This document shows positions 52,872-60,098 of a DNA stretch of 64,000 nt, piece after piece. The notes below the pieces were generated by a model. The model was not told the DNA's origin, searched no databases, and was given only the letters and a program-made list of their open reading frames with translations. This DNA is from a virus. A program made the translations under genes and the position numbers. Where the stretch lies: IMG/VR virus record IMGVR_UViG_3300033232_000045, positions 1-64,000 of that record. One strand, written 5' to 3'. Position 1 is the stretch's first letter. The number at the start of each line of letters is the position of its first letter.

Positions 52872-53564
52872 TTACTTCTTTTCCTGCGTGCCTTTGAGGT
52901 TCAACCCAGGAATCATCTTCTGCATCTTGGCGAGCGCGGCGTCCTTCGCGTTGAGCAGCCGGCGCTTCACTTCCTCTTCGTCATAAGCGCCATTCATCTG
53001 CACGTTTTCGGCTGCGACGATCTGCGTTTCGATCTGGGTGCCGTAGTTGATATTGACCTTGACCTCGATCTTCTCAATGTGGATGACCTGCTTGCCGTCC
53101 GTCCTGCCCTGCTCCGCGTACTGCCTGACCTGGCGCTGAACCTCTGCCACCGCCATCGGCACATAATCCCATCGCACCGCCTCTACCATTTCCCCCTCGC
53201 CATTCGTGATGGGAAAGCGCTCCTTGATCTTGTAAACGTTGTTGCGTCCGCGCTTGCCGATGATTTCGACGTAACCCATGTCCACCAGCGTCTTAACGGA
53301 ACGCACCACGGTATCGCGGCTTTTGCCGACAGTCTTGGCGATCGTCTCCATGCTCGGGAAGCTCTGCCCGGTGTTGAGCGAGGCGAATGACTTGATGCAG
53401 CACAGGACGAAGAACGGCGTCTCACCCATGTCCTTTGCATCGCCAGATGAGAACATGGCGTTGAACAGATGAACGAATGTAGTGTCGGCGCGGCGGTCAA
53501 GTAGCTCACCCTGCGCGGGCAGCATTGTTGGAGGCGTCTTCATACTTCCGCAGTCGGGCTGCAA
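52872..53564 (-). CDS. winged-helix DNA-binding protein, putative replication initiator
   Basis: wHTH METIAKTVGKSRDTVVRSVKTLVDMGYVEI; the iteron array starts 4 bp beyond its stop codon; start codon uncertain. Confidence 0.5.
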   Translation of the reverse strand: MQPDCGSMKTPPTMLPAQGELLDRRADTTFVHLFNAMFSSGDAKDMGETPFFVLCCIKSFASLNTGQSFPSMETIAKTVGKSRDTVVRSVKTLVDMGYVEIIGKRGRNNVYKIKERFPITNGEGEMVEAVRWDYVPMAVAEVQRQVRQYAEQGRTDGKQVIHIEKIEVKVNINYGTQIETQIVAAENVQMNGAYDEEEVKRRLLNAKDAALAKMQKMIPGLNLKGTQEKK

Positions 53565-53847
53565 TCTCCTTTTCTAAACCTTCGATGATGATCGAGTGCA
53601 TCGAGGCGTTAGGCTCATTTTCGCTCAAAAACTTGAGCTTTTGATAGAGCGACTCCTTGAGACGCAAGCTGTACTGGTACAGTACGCGGTCATTCGCGCT
53701 CGACCAGGGCCATGCGCCCTGCCCTGCCCCGCTTGGGGTCGGAAGATTTGCCTGCTCTACCCAATCTGCCGCACGGTGAAGACGATCCTTCGCCTCCTCG
53801 GTGGTGATTCCTGCGATCGCAGGACGTTTGCGCAATCCACTGCTCAT
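53506..53847 (-). CDS. ribbon-helix-helix protein, ParG-like partition/centromere-binding candidate
   Basis: 113 aa; C-terminal YSLRLKESLYQKLKFLSENEPNASMHSIIIEGLEKEI RHH pattern; directly downstream of parA. Confidence 0.5.
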   Translation of the reverse strand: MSSGLRKRPAIAGITTEEAKDRLHRAADWVEQANLPTPSGAGQGAWPWSSANDRVLYQYSLRLKESLYQKLKFLSENEPNASMHSIIIEGLEKEIAARLRKYEDASNNAARAG

Positions 53848-54491
53848 CCGAATATCTCCCGGTAAAGGTGCCTGATTTCGACGATCGCCTTCTCGGTGTC
53901 ACCCTCTTTTAGCTCGGTCACTGCCCGCCCATCGCGAGCCGCCTTCCTGAATGGAATGCGGTCGCAAATCACGGCTTTCGAAACCCTCATGCTCTCATAG
54001 GTGCCGATCGCATCAGCCGCCTCCTCCGCCTCGCGTACCTGCGGATTGGGGTTCGCCATGTTGATCACGACCAGCGGAGCGAGCCTGTCGTTGCCCCTGG
54101 CGCGCGCCTCGACCACCAGCCGATCCATCACATCGAACGTCCAGGTGTCGAACTGGCTGGGTTTGGTCGGGATGATCATGTGGTCGCAGAACAGCATGGC
54201 ATTCCGCATTTCGCTCGAATCCCTGCCGCCGGCGTCGACGATCACGGTGTCGAACTTGTTTGCCATCTGAACGATGTCGAAGCCCGCAGTCGGCCCGAGC
54301 TTGGAGACGCAAGTCAGGCTGGGCGAAACCCCCTCGTCCACCCGAACCTGCGCCCACAGGGTCGCGCTGCCCTGCTTGTCTGAATCGACCAACAGTACGT
54401 CCTTGCCCTTTGATGCGCGCATTGCTGCCAGGTTCACGGCGAGCGTTGTCTTACCCGTGCCGCCCTTCTCGGTGCCCACTAGGATGATCAT
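53844..54491 (-). CDS. parA: ParA-family partition ATPase
   Basis: Deviant Walker A GTEKGGTGKTT; start moved to ATG 54491 (GGGGA RBS) because the upstream ORF extension runs into the repeat field. Confidence 0.85.
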   Translation of the reverse strand: MIILVGTEKGGTGKTTLAVNLAAMRASKGKDVLLVDSDKQGSATLWAQVRVDEGVSPSLTCVSKLGPTAGFDIVQMANKFDTVIVDAGGRDSSEMRNAMLFCDHMIIPTKPSQFDTWTFDVMDRLVVEARARGNDRLAPLVVINMANPNPQVREAEEAADAIGTYESMRVSKAVICDRIPFRKAARDGRAVTELKEGDTEKAIVEIRHLYREIFG

Positions 54492-54636
54492 TTCATTTCC
54501 CCATATTGAATTGAATGGCATTGCACCACTCGATTTGATTCTATTCCATGTCGAGTCGAATTGCATCACTCAATTCAATTTGATGCCATTCGGTCCAATT
54601 CGACCCTACCCAATGCGATCCGATGTTGAATGACAC

Positions 54637-54717
54637 GGAATTGGGTGGGGTTGAATCGCACCATAGCATATCGAGTTGCATGATTCAAAGCCATGCAATT
54701 CAACCCCACCCAATTCC
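54637..54717. repeat. perfect 20-bp inverted repeat separated by 41 bp, upstream of parA
   Basis: GGAATTGGGTGGGGTTGAAT (54637-54656) and ATTCAACCCCACCCAATTCC (54698-54717). Confidence 0.85.
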
Positions 54718-54852
54718 ATCTCATCCAACATCGAATTGAGCCGCATGGCATCACATGGAGTTGCATGACATCGCATGAGATAGAGCCGCATGATGTGGCA
54801 TCGCATGATATGGAATGATATCAAGTTAAGTTGTTGTTTTGTAAGGGAGCGG

Positions 54853-54882
54853 CCAAAAGAAAGGGCGCCGATTGGCGCCCTT
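54853..54882 (-). terminator. intrinsic terminator of the repressor-like gene
   Basis: aagggcgcc-gatt-ggcgccctt with a T-run (minus strand) at 54853-54860. Confidence 0.7.
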
Positions 54883-54900
54883 GTTGGGGTTTGATTTCGA

Positions 54901-55425
54901 TCAGGAGTCGAGCTTGCGAACGATCGGCTTTCCATCCTTTTGCTTTTTGCGCATGTCGTCCCGCGCATGTACGAGGGAGTCACGCTCGATTTTCGACACG
55001 TCCGCCGCGATAGTCTTGAGAGCTTGTCGATGCTCGTCGAGCACGATCGTAGGATCGGTTTCGAGAGTCGCCTCGCGCCACAGCTTCAAAAGCTGGCGCT
55101 CATTCTCTGACACTGCTGCGCCCATGACAGACTCAAGTATATCGTGAAGCTCAGGCATGTACTCACTCAGTGCCAGCCTGGTCAGATGCACCGGATCGAC
55201 ATGAATTGCCTTCGCAAGCGCTGGCGCTTTGCCGATGGGGAGTTTTGTACCGCCACGCTTGATCATCACAAGAATGTTCGGTTTCTCGTAGCCTATCGCA
55301 TTGGCAACATCCTTCTGGGTAACGCCAGGCGGAAGATGCGCGAGTTGCGCGCCAATGTAATCAGCAACGGTAGTGACGGACTTGCGGGTTTTCTTTTCTT
55401 TAACGACCTTTGCAGCTTGTTCCAT
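54901..55425 (-). CDS. XRE-family HTH regulator (prophage repressor candidate)
   Basis: ORF trimmed to ATG 55425 with AGGAGG RBS; HTH VTQKDVANAIGYEKPNILVMIKRG. Confidence 0.7.
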   Translation of the reverse strand: MEQAAKVVKEKKTRKSVTTVADYIGAQLAHLPPGVTQKDVANAIGYEKPNILVMIKRGGTKLPIGKAPALAKAIHVDPVHLTRLALSEYMPELHDILESVMGAAVSENERQLLKLWREATLETDPTIVLDEHRQALKTIAADVSKIERDSLVHARDDMRKKQKDGKPIVRKLDS

Positions 55426-55484
55426 AAGACCTCCTGTACTTTTGAATGTACCTGCTCTCTCTCTGCTTCTCATGGTTACGCCGC

Positions 55485-55502
55485 TAAGTCACGACCACCA
55501 TA
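55485..55502 (+). promoter_or_regulatory. motif half-site copy in the divergent regulatory region
   Basis: TAAGTCACGACCACCATA (left half perfect, right half absent). Confidence 0.4.
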
Positions 55503-55520
55503 TTTACAGTATAGTATAAG

Positions 55521-55538
55521 AAAGTCACTGTTGACTAG
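55521..55538 (+). promoter_or_regulatory. TAAGTCA-N4-TGAYTTA motif copy in the divergent regulatory region
   Basis: AAAGTCACTGTTGACTAG. Confidence 0.55.
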
Positions 55539-55794
55539 CGCATGTTGGAACCTGTGACGAATCCGAAGGAATAGCTGCAGTGTGGAAAATTCGACGAAGG
55601 AGGCGAAAAGTTGAGATGTGGAACTTTCAACAATAGAGTTGAAAAGCGAACGCTAAGTGGCTGTATGCAAAAGAGAATTTATCGCTATAATGACGCACAA
55701 GACGACGCGATTGACCAAATGGGTGCGGAGCAGGCGCCCTGATCAATCGGCTGATTCAGCTTGATTTTAAGTTACGGGCGGAAGCGAGAGCTAA

Positions 55795-55980
55795 ATGATA
55801 AACAGCACCACCAAAGAAGTTGGATTTGAGGAATTTGTGGACATTCTGGCGCAGTCGAAGATAACAAGGTCGAGTGACCTCGGCAGCGCAATCATCCATG
55901 ACGTTGTCCACCCTAGTATGGGCGGATTGACGATGGTCAATACCATTTGTGGACAGTGCGCAATCGTTACGGCGTCATGA
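55795..55980 (+). CDS. hypothetical protein, 61 aa
   Basis: Track ORF followed by a strong terminator; weak RBS. Confidence 0.4.
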   Translation: MINSTTKEVGFEEFVDILAQSKITRSSDLGSAIIHDVVHPSMGGLTMVNTICGQCAIVTAS

Positions 55981-56007
55981 TGTAGTCACGGGGCATAAGC
56001 CACCAAG

Positions 56008-56037
56008 AAGCCCCGCCATTGCGCGGGGCTTTTTTAT
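56008..56037 (+). terminator. intrinsic terminator
   Basis: aagccccgc-cattgc-gcggggctt followed by TTTTTATT. Confidence 0.8.
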
Positions 56038-56152
56038 TCCTGTGCGCTGCCGAAAACCCACTGTCAGAATTCACCCTGTTGCAGTAAACAGCCCGACCCA
56101 GCGAAAAAGCCAAGCGGGGAGGGTGTCGAGTCCAACGCGACGACTATACTAT

Positions 56153-56170
56153 TGAGTCATCGGTAACTTA
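56153..56170 (+). promoter_or_regulatory. motif copy upstream of the CobT-like gene
   Basis: TGAGTCATCGGTAACTTA then TAGGGGAAGTAATG. Confidence 0.5.
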
Positions 56171-56181
56171 TAGGGGAAGTA

Positions 56182-58119
56182 ATGAACGAACGTGTCTACA
56201 TCCTGCGCGAAGCTGTCACACGCCTGACCAAGCTGCTTGCTGGCAAGAAGGTCGAGGTGACACAGCGTGGCACTCGCGCTTACGTTGAGTACACGCTGGC
56301 GGGCCAGCCCAAGCGCGTGAATTTGCCGTACATCCCCGACAACGCCAGCGAGGATTTGATCAACGCGATTCAGGGCTTTCTTGACCACGAGGTCGGGCAC
56401 ATCCTATTCAGCGACTTTGAGCTGCTGGCGAAGGGCATCGAGGAGGGCGTCGGGAACCTGCACAACGTCCTTGAGGACACGTTTATCGAGCGGCAGATGA
56501 TGAAGAAGTTTCGCGGCTCAGGCATGAACCTGACTTCCACCAGCGGCTTCTACCTGAACCACTTCGCCAAGCCGGAACTTGCGAAGGCGACTGCGGAGGG
56601 CGATGTCAAGAGAATGATCGGCATTCTCATGGTTCCGGCGATCCGCGCATGGTCGGGACAGGAGATTCACGCCGAGTTCATGCGTGACAAGCTGGGGATT
56701 CTGGAGCCGGTAGTCAAGCGTCTCGGATCGCTGATAGGTGACATTGCAAAATGCAACAGCACTGCCGACACCCTTGCGCTGGCGCACAAGATCAACAGGG
56801 CGCTCGAAGAGTCACCTGCCCCCGAATCACCCAGCAAGGAAGGCAAGGAAAAGCCCGAAAAGCCCGAGAAAAAGGATGAGATCGAGGAGCCCGATGAGAA
56901 GCCGGACGACGAGCAGAGCGAAGACAAAGGTGACGGGGAGAGCTCAGACGGCTCCGGCGCAAAAAATGAAGACGAAGACGAAGGTGAAGATAAGGATGAG
57001 GGCGAGGGCGACGAGGGCGACGAGGGCGAAGAGCCGCCTGGCGAGAGAGGGGCGGGCGCCGACGATAGTCCCGAGAACGCCTCCGAAGAGGAATCGGAGG
57101 AGTCCGGCGTCAGCCTGACAGGCATCGAAGGGATGCTCAGTGACGATTTCGACAGTGCTGTGGCGGAAGTCCTGTCTAAAGTTTCGGTGAAGGCAGCGGA
57201 GTCGTCTGACTACCTCGTTTACACGAAGGATTTCGATAAGATCGAGCCGCTGCCGACGAGGGGGTTCTCGGATTTTCTCCTGTCGCGTCTGGAGGACAAG
57301 ACGCTACACATGGCGGGGCCGCTGCAGAAAGACCTTGAGCGTGCCATCGCGGCGCGCTCAATGAAAGTATGGCAGGGTGGGCTGCGCAGGGGCAGAATCA
57401 ACGGGGCTAGCCTTGCCCGTCTTGCGACGGGCGACGATCGTATCTTCAGGCGACGCCAGGAGCACAGGGGCAAGGATGCGGCGGTCGAGCTGGTGGTGGA
57501 TTGCTCGGGCTCAATGGACGGGGTGCCGATCGAGCTTGCGACCCAGGCTGCGTACGCGCTGTCTACCGTGCTGGATCGCATGGGGATCGCCAACGAGGTG
57601 ATCGGGTTCACCACGCTTTCCATCTATGGACGCGGAGCAGCAGGGCCGAGCGACGAAGAGGTGCAGGAAGACCCGCTGAGCGCAACCGGCAAGCAGTATT
57701 CGCGGTTTGAGCCGATCTATATGCCGGTGATTAAGGGCTTCGACGAGCGCATGAATTCCACCGTCAAGCAGCGCTTTGCTGTCCTACCGGCGGCGGGGTG
57801 CTTCCGTAATAACATTGATGGCGAGTCGATTGAAATTGCCGCGATGCGTTTGATGCAGCGCCGAGAGAAGGGCAAGATAATGATCGTGCTGTCTGACGGG
57901 GAACCCGCAGCGTGTGGGGAGTCCGCCGAGCAGTACAGTCACCTCCTGCGAACGACGAAGAAAATCGAGGCAGCAGGCATCAACCTGATCGGGCTTGGCA
58001 TCGACAGCGCGGCGGTCACGCGGTTCTACAGTAAGAGCATCGTGATCCGCAAGATAGAGGAGCTGCCAGGTGAGGTGATGCGCCAGTTGAAAGGCATGCT
58101 GCTGGGCAGTATGCAATAA
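56182..58119 (+). CDS. cobT: CobT-like von Willebrand factor A protein with long acidic tract
   Basis: vWA MIDAS VVDCSGSM; about 100 aa Asp/Glu-rich insert; pairing with the downstream CobS-like AAA+ gene. Confidence 0.8.
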   Translation: MNERVYILREAVTRLTKLLAGKKVEVTQRGTRAYVEYTLAGQPKRVNLPYIPDNASEDLINAIQGFLDHEVGHILFSDFELLAKGIEEGVGNLHNVLEDTFIERQMMKKFRGSGMNLTSTSGFYLNHFAKPELAKATAEGDVKRMIGILMVPAIRAWSGQEIHAEFMRDKLGILEPVVKRLGSLIGDIAKCNSTADTLALAHKINRALEESPAPESPSKEGKEKPEKPEKKDEIEEPDEKPDDEQSEDKGDGESSDGSGAKNEDEDEGEDKDEGEGDEGDEGEEPPGERGAGADDSPENASEEESEESGVSLTGIEGMLSDDFDSAVAEVLSKVSVKAAESSDYLVYTKDFDKIEPLPTRGFSDFLLSRLEDKTLHMAGPLQKDLERAIAARSMKVWQGGLRRGRINGASLARLATGDDRIFRRRQEHRGKDAAVELVVDCSGSMDGVPIELATQAAYALSTVLDRMGIANEVIGFTTLSIYGRGAAGPSDEEVQEDPLSATGKQYSRFEPIYMPVIKGFDERMNSTVKQRFAVLPAAGCFRNNIDGESIEIAAMRLMQRREKGKIMIVLSDGEPAACGESAEQYSHLLRTTKKIEAAGINLIGLGIDSAAVTRFYSKSIVIRKIEELPGEVMRQLKGMLLGSMQ

Positions 58120-58134
58120 GTCAGCGGTGATTGT
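58117..58134 (+). promoter_or_regulatory. TAAGTCA-N4-TGAYTTA motif copy
   Basis: TAAGTCAGCGGTGATTGT; its TAA is the cobT-like stop. Confidence 0.6.
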
Positions 58135-58162
58135 TGCAGTTCCGAGACGCGAACTGTAAGAT
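58134..58162 (+). promoter_or_regulatory. sigma70-like promoter TTGCAG-N17-TAAGAT
   Basis: Abuts the motif copy; 32 nt upstream of the cobS-like ATG. Confidence 0.45.
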
Positions 58163-58193
58163 TACAAATATTGGGAAATCGAGAGGAGAGAAA

Positions 58194-59387
58194 ATGAGTG
58201 AAACGACTGCTGCTGTCGCGTCCAAAACCGAGTCTGATGACAAGATCGCCTGTGAAATTTGCGGAGCTCGGGTGCATAGCATTCAAATTCACCTGCGCGA
58301 TGGCGTACACGGCGAGACTACCATGCAGGACTACACGAACGCTTACCCGGGCGCCCCGGTGATGTCCGACCTGGCAAAGCGCAAGCTGGAGGAGGGGCGC
58401 TCCGCCAGGAGGATCGAGATGGCTACCGCTGCGGTGATTCCGATGCGCAGCACTGACGGCATCGAGAAGGTTGCAATGCACGAGCTGTTCGAGCTCGGCT
58501 CCACCAAGTCCACGCTGTCCGCTTCGGGCAAGCCCATCCCGATCAGCAAGATTCACGGTGGCGACCCCGACTTGGTTCCAGAAATCGACAATGGCTATGT
58601 TTACGACCTTGACTCGCTGAAAAACGTTCTACTCGGGCTGGAAGACAACATTCCGACCTACATTTGGGGCCACATGGGCACGGGCAAGTCCACCCTGGTC
58701 GAGCAGATCGCGGCTCGCACGGGTCGCCCGATGATGCGCATCCAGCACACAATCAACACCGAAGAGAGTCACATCGTCGGCCAGTGGACAGTGAAGGACG
58801 GCCACACGGTCTTCGAGCCAGGTCCGCTGGCGCTGGCGATGCGCAACGGTTGGCTCTACATGGCTGACGAATACGACTTCGCGCTGCCGAACGTCACCTC
58901 GGTCTATCAGGCGGTGCTGGAGGGTAAGTCATTGGTGATTAAGGAGGCAGACGCAGCGAACCGCGTAATTAAGCCTCACCCGCAGTTCCGCTTCGTCGCG
59001 ACGGGTAACACCAACGGCTCCGGTGACGAGACGGGCCTGTATCAGGGCACGAACATTCAGAACGCGGCGAACTATGACCGCTTCGGCGTCGTGATCCAGA
59101 TGACCTACATGCCCAAGCGCCAAGAGATGCAAATTCTGATCAACCAGTCGGGACTAATGAAGGAGGACGCTGAGCGTTTTGTCTCTTTCGCTTCTCTGGT
59201 GCGCGAGGCATTCGACGGGGGCAAGCTGTCCTCGACGATTTCGCCGCGTACCCTGATCACGGCTTCGCGCCTGGGTATCAAGAAGGGGTCGTGGGTGGCC
59301 GGACTGAACCTGTCGTTTGCCAATAAGTTGTCGAAGATCGACCGCGAGGTGGTGGACGGCCTGATGCAACGTGTTTTTGGGGAGTAA
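58194..59387 (+). CDS. cobS: CobS-like AAA+ (MoxR-type) ATPase
   Basis: ORF trimmed to ATG 58194 (GAGAGGAGAG RBS); N-terminal CEICGARVHSIQIHL; Walker A GHMGTGKST; Walker B LYMADEYD. Confidence 0.85.
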   Translation: MSETTAAVASKTESDDKIACEICGARVHSIQIHLRDGVHGETTMQDYTNAYPGAPVMSDLAKRKLEEGRSARRIEMATAAVIPMRSTDGIEKVAMHELFELGSTKSTLSASGKPIPISKIHGGDPDLVPEIDNGYVYDLDSLKNVLLGLEDNIPTYIWGHMGTGKSTLVEQIAARTGRPMMRIQHTINTEESHIVGQWTVKDGHTVFEPGPLALAMRNGWLYMADEYDFALPNVTSVYQAVLEGKSLVIKEADAANRVIKPHPQFRFVATGNTNGSGDETGLYQGTNIQNAANYDRFGVVIQMTYMPKRQEMQILINQSGLMKEDAERFVSFASLVREAFDGGKLSSTISPRTLITASRLGIKKGSWVAGLNLSFANKLSKIDREVVDGLMQRVFGE

Positions 59388-59402
59388 GTCATGGCTGAGT
59401 TC
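59385..59402 (+). promoter_or_regulatory. motif copy spanning the cobS-like stop and the sigma factor start
   Basis: TAAGTCATGGCTGAGTTC; its TAA is the stop codon, and the ATG at 59391 lies inside the motif. Confidence 0.5.
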
Positions 59403-60098
59403 GCTATCAATCAGGAGTTCAACGGGGTCGAGGACAAGACCAGTTACGAGTGCAACGTTAGGCTGATACACAGTCTGGCGTACAAGGCGCATCGCAAGCT
59501 GGAGGCAGCGGGTCACGTCGGCATGGACTACGACGACGTGTTTCAGGAGGCGTCCGAGTCGTACCTAAAGGCGGTCGCAGCGTTCGATCCGACGATGGGT
59601 TTCCGGTTTTCGACCTACTTCGTCACCGCCTTTTGGCGCAACTTTGCGAGAACGATGGAGGCGTTTCACAAGCGCAAGCCCATCGAGGCGATGTCCCTGA
59701 ACAGCATGATGACGGCAGGCGACGACGATGAATTTGGCGATGGAATTCTTAGCGCTGACACCGATGGCTACCGCCCCGACGAAGTGCTCTGGCAGAAGCA
59801 GGCGATCAGCTACGCGGTCAACCGTCTGGACGGACTGTCGAAGCGGGTTCTGGAGGCGATGGTGGGCCCGAGCGTCGAGCTCATGGGGCGGCTCGCCGAA
59901 GAGCGGGGCAGGACGAATATGGTCATGACGCAAACCAAAGACGGCATCAGGCCCATGTTCCAGAGCGTGCTGCGCATCGACTTCGTGGTCCGAGCCTTGA
60001 CCAGCGGCCACAACCTCACTGACAGGCAGATCAAGACTCTGACAAGAAAAGTCCGCCGGAACCTCAGCGGGGTCGCCTCCGAACTGGAGGCAATGTGA
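59391..60098 (+). CDS. sigma-70 family (group 4-like) RNA polymerase sigma factor
   Basis: Region 2 YDDVFQEASESYLKAVAAFDPTMGFRFSTYFVTAFWRNF; C-terminal region 4-like HTH. Confidence 0.75.
   Translation: MAEFAINQEFNGVEDKTSYECNVRLIHSLAYKAHRKLEAAGHVGMDYDDVFQEASESYLKAVAAFDPTMGFRFSTYFVTAFWRNFARTMEAFHKRKPIEAMSLNSMMTAGDDDEFGDGILSADTDGYRPDEVLWQKQAISYAVNRLDGLSKRVLEAMVGPSVELMGRLAEERGRTNMVMTQTKDGIRPMFQSVLRIDFVVRALTSGHNLTDRQIKTLTRKVRRNLSGVASELEAM

Noticed and set aside
54492-54569. The N-terminal 26-aa extension of the ParA ORF, and ORFs 54575-54766(-) and 54606-54983(-)
   Set aside because: The extension and these ORFs run through the repeat field and have no RBS. The ATG at 54491 has a GGGGA RBS and places the deviant Walker A at the usual distance from the N-terminus.
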